Positions 1-9,876 of a DNA stretch of 64,000 nt are shown here, one piece after another. Made by a program: the position numbers and the translations under genes. Source of the DNA: Bacteriovoracaceae bacterium (GTDB lineage Bacteria > Bdellovibrionota > Bacteriovoracia > Bacteriovoracales > Bacteriovoracaceae); NCBI GenBank assembly GCA_048270185.1, contig JBLWTJ010000004.1, positions 64,001 through 128,000 of the forward strand, read 5' to 3'. Each line of letters begins with the position of its first letter. Position 1 is the stretch's first letter. The notes beneath the pieces were generated by a model, which saw only the letters and a program-made list of their open reading frames with translations, was not told where the DNA came from and ran no database searches.

Positions 1-1213
1 TTGACTCTTGTGTTCTTTCCGTCTGTTCCATAATTTGTTCAACGGCAGAAAGTTCAGCGTGATCAACTGGTCTTTCGATTACTCTTTCGACAGTTCTCTC
101 AACCACTGGTCTTTCGACAGTTCTCTCAACCACTGGTCTTTCAACAATTCTTTCTTCTACAACTGGTGCAGCATATGTTGTTTGTGGTTGAACAGGAGCA
201 GTTCTTCTTACTTCTTGTTGAGGAGCAACACTTACTCTATCTTCTTGTCCACCAAGTCCTGTTGCGATAACAGTTACTTTAATATTATCTTCTAATTCAT
301 CATCAACTACTGATCCAAAGATTACTTCTGCATCTTCATCAGCTGCTTCCATAATCAGTGTAGCTGCTTCATTAACTTCATGCATAGTCATTGAAGAACC
401 ACCAGTGATATTGATAATGATTCCTGTTGCACCATCAATTGAAATATCTTCAAGAAGTGGTGAAGAAATCGCTTCATTAGCTGCTTTAATTGCTCTATCT
501 GGACCTGAACAAAGACCAGTACCCATAAGTGCAAGTCCCTTATTTGACATAACAGTTGATACGTCAGCAAAGTCAGCATTGATATGACCAGTTGTATTGA
601 TTAGATCTGAAATACCTCTAACAGCATTTAGAAGAACTTCATCAGCTTTCATAAATGTTTCAACAAGAGAAAGGCTCTCACCTGCAAGTTGAAGTAGTCT
701 TTGATTTGGAATTGTAATTAGTGAATCAACATTTTCTTCAAGAGTTTGAATTCCAGTTGAAGCCTGTCTCATTCTCTTCTTACCTTCGAAGATGAATGGT
801 TTAGTTACAACACCAACAGTTAGAGCACCAAGCTCACGAGCTAGTTTTGCAATAACAGGAGCTGCACCAGTACCTGTACCACCGCCCATACCGGCAGTAA
901 TAAATACCATATCAGAATCTTCTAGAACTTGGCTTAGCATTTCATACTCATCAAGAGCAGCTTTGCGTCCTACTTCTGGGTTTGCACCAGCACCAAGGCC
1001 TTTAGTTAATTCAACACCAAGCTGAACCTTAGTTGGAGCTAGGTTTACAGCAAGAGCTTGAGAGTCTGTGTTAGCAACAATATACTCAACACCAGTTAGA
1101 CCGGCTTTGATCATTGTGTTTACGGCATTACATCCACCGCCACCAACACCAACAACGCGAATTTTTGCGCCTTCAGTTAGTTTTAATTCATTGTTATCAG
1201 AAATTTCGAACAT
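1..1213 (-). CDS. ftsZ: Cell division protein FtsZ (3' end runs off the window); long acidic C-terminal linker
   Basis: Manual translation from ATG at 1213: [32 protein letters not shown], tubulin signature [16 protein letters not shown]; directly downstream of ftsA. Confidence 0.97.
   Translation of the reverse strand, partial: MFEISDNNELKLTEGAKIRVVGVGGGGCNAVNTMIKAGLTGVEYIVANTDSQALAVNLAPTKVQLGVELTKGLGAGANPEVGRKAALDEYEMLSQVLEDSDMVFITAGMGGGTGTGAAPVIAKLARELGALTVGVVTKPFIFEGKKRMRQASTGIQTLEENVDSLITIPNQRLLQLAGESLSLVETFMKADEVLLNAVRGISDLINTTGHINADFADVSTVMSNKGLALMGTGLCSGPDRAIKAANEAISSPLLEDISIDGATGIIINITGGSSMTMHEVNEAATLIMEAADEDAEVIFGSVVDDELEDNIKVTVIATGLGGQEDRVSVAPQQEVRRTAPVQPQTTYAAPVVEERIVERPVVERTVERPVVERTVERVIERPVDHAELSAVEQIMEQTERTQES
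83..145. repeat. 27-bp tandem repeat (2 copies plus a partial) encoding (ERPVVERTV)n in the FtsZ linker
   Basis: tctttcgacagttctctcaaccactgg at 83-109 and 110-136, partial copy 137-145; in frame with ftsZ. Confidence 0.85.
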
Positions 1214-1227
1214 AAGTTCCCCCTTAT

Positions 1228-2481
1228 TTAAAAAATTTCTCTAAATACTGATTTAATAGATCCTGATAATTTACTTACAATATCTATTTGATTTATATCT
1301 TCTTCTACATCCGCTTCTACTTCTTTACCTTTAGAAGCTTCTAGTAAAAGTCCTAGAACTGTTGAAAACTTTGGATTCTGCATAATATTAGTCATGCCAC
1401 CAAATGCAATTGGGAAACCAATTTTAAGTGGCCTCTCAAGTAGGTACTCACCAATTTCCGGCATTCCCTTAATCATGGCCCCACCACCAGTAAGAACAAC
1501 ACCACCACTAATATCATCTCCAAGATTTTTCTCTCTAATGATATTTTTGATGAGATCAAATAATTCTTCAGCACGTGCACCAAGTACATTAGCAACAGTG
1601 TTAAGTTGTACTTCTCTTGGTTTTGTTCCTGAGATTCCTTGCACAGTAATATGTGCAGATTGATTTACTTGTTCAGGAAGAACTGAACCGTGATTAATTT
1701 TAATTCTCTCTGCTTCAGCATGAGGAATCTTAAGAGCAACGGCCAAATCATTTGTAAAGTGGTTACCACCTACTGGAATAACTTGTGTATGTACAAGGGC
1801 TCCATCTTTCCATAGAGCGAGATCTGTTGTACCACCTCCGATATCAACAAGAAGTGTTCCCATCTCTTTTTCTTCTGGAGATAAAACTGACTCTGATGAA
1901 GCAATCGGTTGTAGTGTTACGTTCTCAACCTTGATGCCAGTATGTTCAACACACTTTACTAGGTTTTGAATCAATGAAATTGATCCCGTAACGATATGAA
2001 CATGTGCTTCTAACCTAGTTCCACACATGCCAATTGGATTTTTAATTCCTGTTGTATTATCTACTTTAAACTCTTGTGCAATAACGTGAATAATTTCGCG
2101 ATCACTTGGCATTACAACGGCCTTTGCTGCTTCAAGAACGCGATCAACATCATCTTGAGTGATCTCGCTTCCCTTAACGGCCACAACACCTGAGCTATTA
2201 AAACTATATATATGGCTTCCGGCAATTCCAATTGTTGCACTATGAATTTCAACACCGGCCATAAGCCTTGCTTCTTCTAATGAATTTTGAATTGATCGAA
2301 CTGTCTTATCAATATTAACAACACTACCTTTTTTAAGGCCATGACTTGGATGAGTACCGATACCGATAATCTCTAGTTCTGCTTTAGGTGAATGGTTGCT
2401 TGAAGTGTTTTGGATACCGACAATTGTACAAACTTTTGTTGTACCTACGTCTAGACCGACTACGATATTTTTTTCTTTCAT
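1228..2481 (-). CDS. ftsA: Cell division protein FtsA
   Basis: [18 protein letters not shown] and LTGGGA actin-like ATPase motifs; upstream of ftsZ. Confidence 0.97.
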   Translation of the reverse strand: MKEKNIVVGLDVGTTKVCTIVGIQNTSSNHSPKAELEIIGIGTHPSHGLKKGSVVNIDKTVRSIQNSLEEARLMAGVEIHSATIGIAGSHIYSFNSSGVVAVKGSEITQDDVDRVLEAAKAVVMPSDREIIHVIAQEFKVDNTTGIKNPIGMCGTRLEAHVHIVTGSISLIQNLVKCVEHTGIKVENVTLQPIASSESVLSPEEKEMGTLLVDIGGGTTDLALWKDGALVHTQVIPVGGNHFTNDLAVALKIPHAEAERIKINHGSVLPEQVNQSAHITVQGISGTKPREVQLNTVANVLGARAEELFDLIKNIIREKNLGDDISGGVVLTGGGAMIKGMPEIGEYLLERPLKIGFPIAFGGMTNIMQNPKFSTVLGLLLEASKGKEVEADVEEDINQIDIVSKLSGSIKSVFREIF

Positions 2482-2571
2482 TGAGAATCCTTTCTCTAGT
2501 TTTTCTTACAGAATCATTCTGTTAATAAAGAAATCACGGCAGTTTTTACCGCATATAGAGAAATTTTAGAA

Positions 2572-3309
2572 TTACTCGTTGAACTTGACAACAACTTTTT
2601 TGGAATTTGTAATATTTATTACCGAAGGAACTTTCTTATTCTTAGATAAGTAACTGATTGTTTGAGTCAGCTTTTCCATTTTAAGAGGCCATTCATCTTT
2701 ACCCATGAACACGCTCGAAGGCTTTCCTTTAATTGAAAGTATCATTGTTAACTCTTTGTTATCGCTGATTATAACTTCCGATATAAGCTTTCTAAAAACA
2801 AGGTCTAAGCCAGAGATGATTTTTGTAATATTTTTCTGAACCGTCTTATCCATCTCACCAACAGGGATAGCAAGATATGGAAGAGAGTAAGTTAGTTTCT
2901 TCTCTGTTCTTAAAAGAATTTCATAAGTTGGATCAAATAGCTGACCATTATCCACAAGAATAGCCTCATATGATTCCATTCCATTCTCTTTATAAATTTG
3001 TACTTTCATAAGTGGAGCTGGACAATCATAAATGAAGTTTAGCATTCCATCTAAAGGATTATATTTAATTGTGTAATCAGATAAGAAATGTTTCTCTTTT
3101 AAACGATCGGCCGTTATCAAGTTCTTCATGCTTCTAAGAGAGTTATTGGCCTCAAAGTCTTTTACAAGTTTTAAAGTCAGAGTTCCAGCAGCACGTGACG
3201 GACACTTGCCAAAAGAAGTTTTATACTTAATCTTCTCTTTTGGAATATTTACTGAGAATACCTGTGTACTTAGAAGTGATAGTATAAAAATATTGATAAG
3301 CTTCTTCAT
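2572..3309 (-). CDS. Putative highly diverged FtsQ/DivIB-like protein
   Basis: Occupies the ftsQ slot before ftsA; 245 aa; LVDNGQLF, LPYL and C-terminal SVINITNSKKVVVK resemble the FtsQ beta domain; N-terminus looks like a signal peptide. Confidence 0.5.
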   Translation of the reverse strand: MKKLINIFILSLLSTQVFSVNIPKEKIKYKTSFGKCPSRAAGTLTLKLVKDFEANNSLRSMKNLITADRLKEKHFLSDYTIKYNPLDGMLNFIYDCPAPLMKVQIYKENGMESYEAILVDNGQLFDPTYEILLRTEKKLTYSLPYLAIPVGEMDKTVQKNITKIISGLDLVFRKLISEVIISDNKELTMILSIKGKPSSVFMGKDEWPLKMEKLTQTISYLSKNKKVPSVINITNSKKVVVKFNE

Positions 3310-4217
3310 TGGTTATCTATCCTGACCTCTGGCTCAAACTTTAATCCATATTGTAGATAAAGCTCGTCTTGAACTAATTTGATGAGACTTTTGACGTCAC
3401 TGGCCGTTGCATTTGAGAAATTCTCCATGAAATTTCCATGAAGATTACTCACACGAACATCACCTATCTGTAATCCCTTCAAGTTAAGTATATCAATAAA
3501 CTGGCCGGCAGTGCAAGCTCGCCCATCTTTTGAGATATTTTTAAAGACACTTCCACAAGTTTTTTCTTTAAGCGGCTGAGTACGATTGCGTGTTAATAAG
3601 TAATTTCTAATAGTCTCGGCCAACTTTGGGTCTTGTCCATGAGAGATAAGCTCAACTTGATAAACAATATCTCCTGAACTTAGAAAGTTATTCTGACGAT
3701 ATGAAAAAGATGACTCATCTGTATCTTTAACATATTCATTTCCATATTTATCGATATACCAAACTCGCTTAATGATTTCACTAATCCAGCCAAGTCCAGT
3801 ACCCGCATTCATAAAGACTGCACCACCTAAGGTTGCAGGAATCCCCGTAATCACCTCCCATCTTTTATTTCCAAACTTAGAAGCATGGGCCGTAAGACTT
3901 GAGAGTTTAACTGATGCTGGAAGTATATAATTTTCTCGATACTCTTCAAGAAGAGTGCGATCAAAATCAAAATTTAGATTAATTATCGGTTTTGAGATTT
4001 CTTCATTAAGAACCTGGTTTGCTCCAAGTCCTAACAACATATATTCAATATTATTTTCAGTTAATAATTTTACAACAGACTTTAAAGCCTTAAGATTTTT
4101 AATACTAATAAAGTCACCACTTGAAGCGAGTCGCATTGTTGAATACTTAGAAAGATCCTTTCCTTCTTCAACTTCAACGGCTTCAATATCATTTAAAAGT
4201 TCTTTAAGCTTACTCAT
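3306..4217 (-). CDS. murB: UDP-N-acetylenolpyruvoylglucosamine reductase
   Basis: GIPATLGGAVFMNAG, FSYRQ, QPL..TCGSVFKN, HGNF and FEPEV motifs. Confidence 0.95.
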   Translation of the reverse strand: MSKLKELLNDIEAVEVEEGKDLSKYSTMRLASSGDFISIKNLKALKSVVKLLTENNIEYMLLGLGANQVLNEEISKPIINLNFDFDRTLLEEYRENYILPASVKLSSLTAHASKFGNKRWEVITGIPATLGGAVFMNAGTGLGWISEIIKRVWYIDKYGNEYVKDTDESSFSYRQNNFLSSGDIVYQVELISHGQDPKLAETIRNYLLTRNRTQPLKEKTCGSVFKNISKDGRACTAGQFIDILNLKGLQIGDVRVSNLHGNFMENFSNATASDVKSLIKLVQDELYLQYGLKFEPEVRIDNQ

Positions 4218-5586
4218 TACGATCGTTATCTAAAACCCATTCTCGAATAACTCGTCCGATCGATCCTGCACCTAGAGTCATAATTGTTGCATTCTTATTT
4301 GAGCGAATAATTGAATCAATATCTTTGACTTCAATCAGTTTAGCTAAGCCTGGATGTAGTCGATTAATATCTTCAACAAGCCTATCAGAAGTTATACCAG
4401 GAATTGGGCTTTCACTCGCAGGATAAATTGGACACATATACAATTCATCAACATCATTAAAACAATGAAGGAATTCATTCCAACAATCCTTTGTTCTTGA
4501 GAAACGGTGAGGCTCAAAAATTGCAATCTTCTTGTGATCTCTAATTTCTTTTAACGTACCAAGAGTTGAAGAGATCTCAGTCGGATGGTGTCCATAATCA
4601 TCAAGAATTTCAATATCATCGTTCTTGTAAAGAAGCTGAAATCTTCGTCCAACATTTTCAAAACTTATGATTGAGCTTTGGATCATTTCAACAGGAACAC
4701 CCATCTTATGAGCGATAGAGATTGCTCCTAGAGCATTGAGAACATTATGCTTACCAGGAAGATTAATTTTGATCTGTCCAAGGTTTTCGGCCCCATGAAT
4801 TAAATCAAAAGTTGAAGATAGTCCATCCATCGTAATATTGGCCGCTTTATAATCAGCATCATTCTCAATTGCAAAAGTGACAATCGGCTTTTTAATATGA
4901 GGAACAAGATCCATTAATCTTTTGTCATCTGCATTTAAAGAAGTGATTCCATAAAAAGGCACCTTATTGATAAACTCTTCGAAGCTATCAATAAGAACTT
5001 CTTCACTACCGTAATGATCCATATGATCAAGATCAATATTTGTCACAACAGACATGATTGGATTAAGCATTAAGAATGATCCATCCGACTCATCAGCTTC
5101 AGCAACGAGGTAATCACCAGTACCAACCTTTGCGTGTCCCGCTAAGTTTGAAACAATCCCACCAATGATATAAGTTGGATCATAATTACTTGCCTGAAGG
5201 ATTGTTGCTAAAAAACTTGTTGTCGTCGTCTTTCCGTGAGTACCAGCGATCGCAATTCCTCTTTTAAGACGCATAAGTTCGGCAAGCATTTCAGCTCTTC
5301 TCATAATTGGAATATGATTTTCACGAGCAATCTGCATTTCAGGGTTGCTTTCATTAACAGCAGAAGAGTAGACGATGACCGTTGTATCCTCTTTAATATT
5401 TTCTCTAGCATGTCCAATGTAAACAGTGGCGCCTAACTCTCTAAGTCTTGCCACGTTGGCCGACTCACTAATATCTGATCCTGTTACTTTATAACCAAGA
5501 CTTAATAGGATTTCTGCAATCCCACTCATTCCTATCCCACCGATACCGATGAAATGTACTGATATATTTTGAATATTAATATTCAT
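4210..5586 (-). CDS. murC: UDP-N-acetylmuramate--L-alanine ligase
   Basis: HFIGIGGIGMSG, AGTHGKTTT, EADESD and DDYGHHPTE motifs. Confidence 0.97.
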   Translation of the reverse strand: MNINIQNISVHFIGIGGIGMSGIAEILLSLGYKVTGSDISESANVARLRELGATVYIGHARENIKEDTTVIVYSSAVNESNPEMQIARENHIPIMRRAEMLAELMRLKRGIAIAGTHGKTTTTSFLATILQASNYDPTYIIGGIVSNLAGHAKVGTGDYLVAEADESDGSFLMLNPIMSVVTNIDLDHMDHYGSEEVLIDSFEEFINKVPFYGITSLNADDKRLMDLVPHIKKPIVTFAIENDADYKAANITMDGLSSTFDLIHGAENLGQIKINLPGKHNVLNALGAISIAHKMGVPVEMIQSSIISFENVGRRFQLLYKNDDIEILDDYGHHPTEISSTLGTLKEIRDHKKIAIFEPHRFSRTKDCWNEFLHCFNDVDELYMCPIYPASESPIPGITSDRLVEDINRLHPGLAKLIEVKDIDSIIRSNKNATIMTLGAGSIGRVIREWVLDNDRNE

Positions 5587-5638
5587 CTGATTCCCTTCCC
5601 TAAGGTAAATTATCTAATAAATTTAGCTTAAAGTTTGG

Positions 5639-6769
5639 CTATTGTTGAGAAAAAAAAGGTTTTTCAATAGCTTGCAGCCGTTGACGTGACACACAAGAGT
5701 AAATTAGGCCAATTGCTATAAGATTACTCATCATGGAAGAGCCACCATAACTAACAAATGGAAGATTTAGACCTTTTGTCGGCAGAAGTCCAAGAACAAC
5801 TCCCATGTTAAGACAGGCCTGAATTCCTATAATAAAGATAATTGATAAAACCATCTTACGTGAAATTTCATCCTTCAGAGATAGAGCTAATTTAAAACCA
5901 ATATGAGTGAAGGCCATAAATAGACCAACAAAAGATATTACTCCTAAAAAACCAAACTCTTCACCAATAACAGAGAAGATAAAGTCATTATGGGCCTCAG
6001 GTAGGAAGAAAAGCTTTTCTAAACTATTTCCAATACCTTTTCCAAAAAAGCCACCATTAGCAAATCCAATCCATGACTGTATCACTTGAAACCCACTTCC
6101 TCTTGGATTGGCCCAAGGATCAAGAAATGCCATTAATCTCTTCACACGATATGGCTGGGCCACAAGAATAAGTGAAGTTAGAATTGAACCAACTCCCATA
6201 AGAATGTAAAAATATTTACGACTAAAGTTTGAGATGAAGCAAGTAAATGCAATTCCAAGGGCACAAATAAAGAATGTTCCAAAATCTGGCTGTAGTAACA
6301 GAAGCATAAGGACGAAGAGAATATTTGCACAATATTTTAAACGGTTTTTCACATTGAGCTTATCATAGTTTTCAAAGAAGAAGAGTGAGAGCATCATTGT
6401 TGAATACTTGGCCATCTCCCCCGGTTGTAAGGAACCAAAACCCAGATTAATCCAACGGTTTGCACCTTTTGCTACAACTCCAAGCCCCGGAATAAAAGTC
6501 AGAATAAGAAGTCCTGCCACAATCATATTTAAATGAAATGAGAATTTAAACCAGAATTGATACTTTGTTTTGGCAACAACATATGCCGCTCCTATTCCAA
6601 TTGCAGCAAACAGAAGTTGACGTGAAAAGAAGTGAATACTTGTTCCATAGACTTCTTTAGAAAACATATAAGAAGATGAGTAAACCATGACAACACCAAT
6701 AGAGACGATAATTGATGTGATGATAAGAAAAATTTTACTAAAACGATCCATGTTTTCGAAAGAATTCAT
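5639..6769 (-). CDS. ftsW: SEDS peptidoglycan polymerase FtsW
   Basis: GANRWI, LQPGE, QPDFGT, LPEAHNDFIF and PFVSYGGSS motifs; dcw context. Confidence 0.96.
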   Translation of the reverse strand: MNSFENMDRFSKIFLIITSIIVSIGVVMVYSSSYMFSKEVYGTSIHFFSRQLLFAAIGIGAAYVVAKTKYQFWFKFSFHLNMIVAGLLILTFIPGLGVVAKGANRWINLGFGSLQPGEMAKYSTMMLSLFFFENYDKLNVKNRLKYCANILFVLMLLLLQPDFGTFFICALGIAFTCFISNFSRKYFYILMGVGSILTSLILVAQPYRVKRLMAFLDPWANPRGSGFQVIQSWIGFANGGFFGKGIGNSLEKLFFLPEAHNDFIFSVIGEEFGFLGVISFVGLFMAFTHIGFKLALSLKDEISRKMVLSIIFIIGIQACLNMGVVLGLLPTKGLNLPFVSYGGSSMMSNLIAIGLIYSCVSRQRLQAIEKPFFSQQ

Positions 6770-6831
6770 ATATTCATCATACTTGAATTCTGAATTCGTT
6801 GCATTAGAAATAAAAGAAACTGCGCAGCAAA

Positions 6832-7296
6832 TTACTTCAAATAAATTTGAGCAAAAGTTCGAAGTGAAGAAAGTCCTCTTCCTTCAAAGCATTCATAGGC
6901 CGTGAATGGAGTGATTCCTTCACGGTGTACTGCACGCATGAGACATTCTCTCTCATGGCCATTGCGTACGAGAGCTGCAAGAGAGACATGAAAGCTCGTC
7001 ATTGTGTGATGATAGTACTCTGCGACTTCTTTGATACTCTTGTAAGCATCGGGAGTCGCCGCAAGAGTACATGCATTGAACTCGACAAGACTTATGGCCC
7101 TGCGGTTATTTAAAATACTTTCGAGACATTGATATTGATGACTCGTCTTAATTTGTAAGCACTGATTCTTAAAGCGATACTGGTTATATTTTGAAAGCCT
7201 GTTATCAACTAATTTAATACATTGATCTGTATGAGTATTGGCCTCGGCCTGGAGTGAGTAAATTGAATATAAAATAAAAAATAAGATAATCTTCAT
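6832..7296 (-). CDS. Secreted cysteine-rich hypothetical protein
   Basis: 154 aa ORF filling the gap; signal peptide ending AEA; six Cys. Confidence 0.7.
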   Translation of the reverse strand: MKIILFFILYSIYSLQAEANTHTDQCIKLVDNRLSKYNQYRFKNQCLQIKTSHQYQCLESILNNRRAISLVEFNACTLAATPDAYKSIKEVAEYYHHTMTSFHVSLAALVRNGHERECLMRAVHREGITPFTAYECFEGRGLSSLRTFAQIYLK

Positions 7297-7337
7297 TTGA
7301 AGATCATATGACTTAAAACTTGTTCTGTTTTCTGGGT

Positions 7338-7365
7338 AAAAAAAATGCCTGCATTAAGCAGGCAT
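7338..7365 (-). terminator. Rho-independent terminator after the murD-like gene
   Basis: Minus strand ATGCCTGC-TTAAT-GCAGGCAT followed by a T tract, ~25 nt after the stop. Confidence 0.85.
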
Positions 7366-7389
7366 CCTCAGTAATTATTATTTCAAAAA

Positions 7390-8772
7390 CTATAGCTGGT
7401 AGACGAGTTTCTTGAAGTAGTTCCCACGTTCCTCATAGTCTCTAAAGAAGTCCGTTGCAGGATTTCCTGGAGAAAGGATGATCGTGTCACCTGTTCTCGA
7501 CTTTTGATAAGCGAAGAGAACAGACTCTTCAAAAGACCCTACAATGAAAGTTTGTGGGTGCTCACCAAGGGCACGGTTCATTCTTTCCTTTGCTTCACCA
7601 ACAAGAACAATGATTCTTGTGTTAGCGATTAGATCATCTGTGTATGGTTCATATTCCAGTTCTTCGATGTCCTTACCACCAGCGATTAGAATCACTGGAG
7701 TTTTAAAAGACTTCGTTGTTTCAACAAGTGTTTTCATATCACTTGCTTTTGAGTCGTTATAGAAAGAAACACCATTCTTTTCCATTAAGAATTCAATTCT
7801 GTGTGGAATTCCTGGGAATTTCGTTACACATGTTTGAATTGCTTCATCAGAAAGATCAAGGGCCTTACAAGCAGTGATCGCTGCAAGAAGATTTTCTCTG
7901 TTATTTTGTCCGATGATTCTCATTTTCTTAACAGTAAACTCTGAGTGATAAGAAATATTTGAGTGAATTCTTCTGTCGTGGAAGTGAGTACCTTGAATCT
8001 CTTCCATAACACCAAGTTTTACAAATGATCTTCTTGAGTACCAATAAGTTTGGCAATTAGCGTTTCTAAAGAAGCTGTTATTTGCAAGCTTATCGAAGTT
8101 TACGATTAATGTATCATCTGGAGATAGAGCTTTAATGATACTTAATTTTGTTTCCATGTATTCACCCATTGAAGTGAATTGTCCTTGTGGATATGTATCA
8201 GCAATATCTGTGAAGATTACCATTTTTGGATGGAAGTCTGTTAAGCGTCTCATTTGAACTGCAGAAACTTCAACAACAACGTAATCAATTTCATCTTTAT
8301 TTGGAAGCATTGAGAATTCAATAAATGGACTCTCACTTGTTCCACCAACAAATACATTCTTACCATCTTGTCTTAAAGTAAACCCGATCATGTGGGCAAC
8401 AGTTGTACGACCGTGTGATCCACATACTGCGATAATTGGTTTACGACAAAGCTTATTACCTAGTGCGAATTCAGAATAGACTTCTTTTCCTTCACGTCTA
8501 GCAAGCTCAAGTTGTGGCATATTTGGATCAACTGATCCAGAGTACACAACAACATCTGCATTCAAGAAGTCGTCATCTAAGTGTTCACCAAAAGTCATTT
8601 CAACGGCTGGCTTAATCTTACGAAGTTTCTTTACGGCCTTGTTTAGATCAAAAATTGGCTTTATATCTGTTACTCGAATATTACATTCGAGACGATTAAA
8701 GAAGTTAATGAGTCTGAAACCAGTCTTTCCAATACCAACGATTAGGATATTCTTGTTTCTAAATCTCTCCAT
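7390..8772 (-). CDS. murD: MurD-family ligase with degenerate catalytic motifs
   Basis: GIGKTG, HRIE, NDSKA, LIAGGKD and LSPG...EERG motifs; follows mraY. The P-loop reads GSHGRTT and the DHLDRY motif is absent. Confidence 0.8.
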   Translation of the reverse strand: MERFRNKNILIVGIGKTGFRLINFFNRLECNIRVTDIKPIFDLNKAVKKLRKIKPAVEMTFGEHLDDDFLNADVVVYSGSVDPNMPQLELARREGKEVYSEFALGNKLCRKPIIAVCGSHGRTTVAHMIGFTLRQDGKNVFVGGTSESPFIEFSMLPNKDEIDYVVVEVSAVQMRRLTDFHPKMVIFTDIADTYPQGQFTSMGEYMETKLSIIKALSPDDTLIVNFDKLANNSFFRNANCQTYWYSRRSFVKLGVMEEIQGTHFHDRRIHSNISYHSEFTVKKMRIIGQNNRENLLAAITACKALDLSDEAIQTCVTKFPGIPHRIEFLMEKNGVSFYNDSKASDMKTLVETTKSFKTPVILIAGGKDIEELEYEPYTDDLIANTRIIVLVGEAKERMNRALGEHPQTFIVGSFEESVLFAYQKSRTGDTIILSPGNPATDFFRDYEERGNYFKKLVYQL

Positions 8773-8775
8773 TTA

Positions 8776-9852
8776 TTACCTCATCTTCAAAGTTGCAATT
8801 GCAAGAATTGCTAAAAATATACTTATAATCCAAAACCTAACAATAACTTTTGGTTCGGCCCATCCCATCAATTCAAAGTGGTGGTGAATAGGTGCCATTT
8901 TAAAAATTCTCTTCTTGCGAGTTTTGTAAGAGCCAACCTGTAATATTACAGAAACAGCTTCCGCTACAAAAACACCTCCGATAATAACAAAGAGTAATTC
9001 ACTTCTTGTTAGTACCGCCATCGTCCCTAGTGTACCACCTAAGGCAAGGGACCCCACGTCACCCATAAATATCTGAGCTGGATAAGTGTTATACCATAAA
9101 AAACCAACGCCTGCACCGACGATTGCAGCACCAATGACAGCTAATTCACCAACATTTTCAACGTATGGCACAAATAAATATGACGCAATCTCTCTGTGTC
9201 CTGTTGCGTAAGCAATAAATCCAAGAGTTGCGGCCGAAGTAATGATTGGGCCAATGGCCAGACCATCAAGTCCATCAGTCAAGTTAACAGCATTACTAGA
9301 CCCAACTATAACCACTGCACCAAATAATACAAATAGTGCTCCTAGATTAAAAACAGGTCCTTTAATAAAAGGAACAAAGAGTTGATTATCAATAATATTG
9401 AAATGAATCATGGCATAAACAGCAGCGATTGCTGTAATGAATTGCCAGGCCAGTTTTCCCTTAGCTGAAACACCTTTCGTATTTCCTTTTGAGATCTTTG
9501 CATAATCATCAATAAAACCGAGAACAAAGTAGGAAGCTGTTACACCACAGGTAATAACAAGAGGTATCGAATTAAAATTCCCTGTTATCAACAAAGTTAA
9601 AAGAATTGTTCCCAGAATGAAAACACCACCCATAGTAGGTGTTCCCGCTTTCTTTAAGTGCGACTCCGGCCCATCATCACGAATGACTTGGCCAAATTGT
9701 TTTCTCTGCATGAAGCCAATGAAGTATTTACCCCAGATGACAGAGATCACCGTTGCAAGCAAGAATGCCACAACTGTTCTAAATGTGATGTATTTAAAAA
9801 TATTAAACGCAAAGAATTCATCCCTTAAGGGATAGAGGAAATGATACAGCAT
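8776..9852 (-). CDS. mraY: Phospho-N-acetylmuramoyl-pentapeptide transferase
   Basis: KAGTPTMGG, GFIDDY, NAVNLTDGLDGL, IFMGDVG and MAPIHHHFE motifs. Confidence 0.98.
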   Translation of the reverse strand: MLYHFLYPLRDEFFAFNIFKYITFRTVVAFLLATVISVIWGKYFIGFMQRKQFGQVIRDDGPESHLKKAGTPTMGGVFILGTILLTLLITGNFNSIPLVITCGVTASYFVLGFIDDYAKISKGNTKGVSAKGKLAWQFITAIAAVYAMIHFNIIDNQLFVPFIKGPVFNLGALFVLFGAVVIVGSSNAVNLTDGLDGLAIGPIITSAATLGFIAYATGHREIASYLFVPYVENVGELAVIGAAIVGAGVGFLWYNTYPAQIFMGDVGSLALGGTLGTMAVLTRSELLFVIIGGVFVAEAVSVILQVGSYKTRKKRIFKMAPIHHHFELMGWAEPKVIVRFWIISIFLAILAIATLKMR

Positions 9853-9876
9853 GTAATCACCTGGTTTTAAATTATA

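Noticed and set aside
83..145. Possible CRISPR-like repeat
   Set aside because: No spacers; in-frame tandem repeat inside ftsZ; no cas genes in the window.
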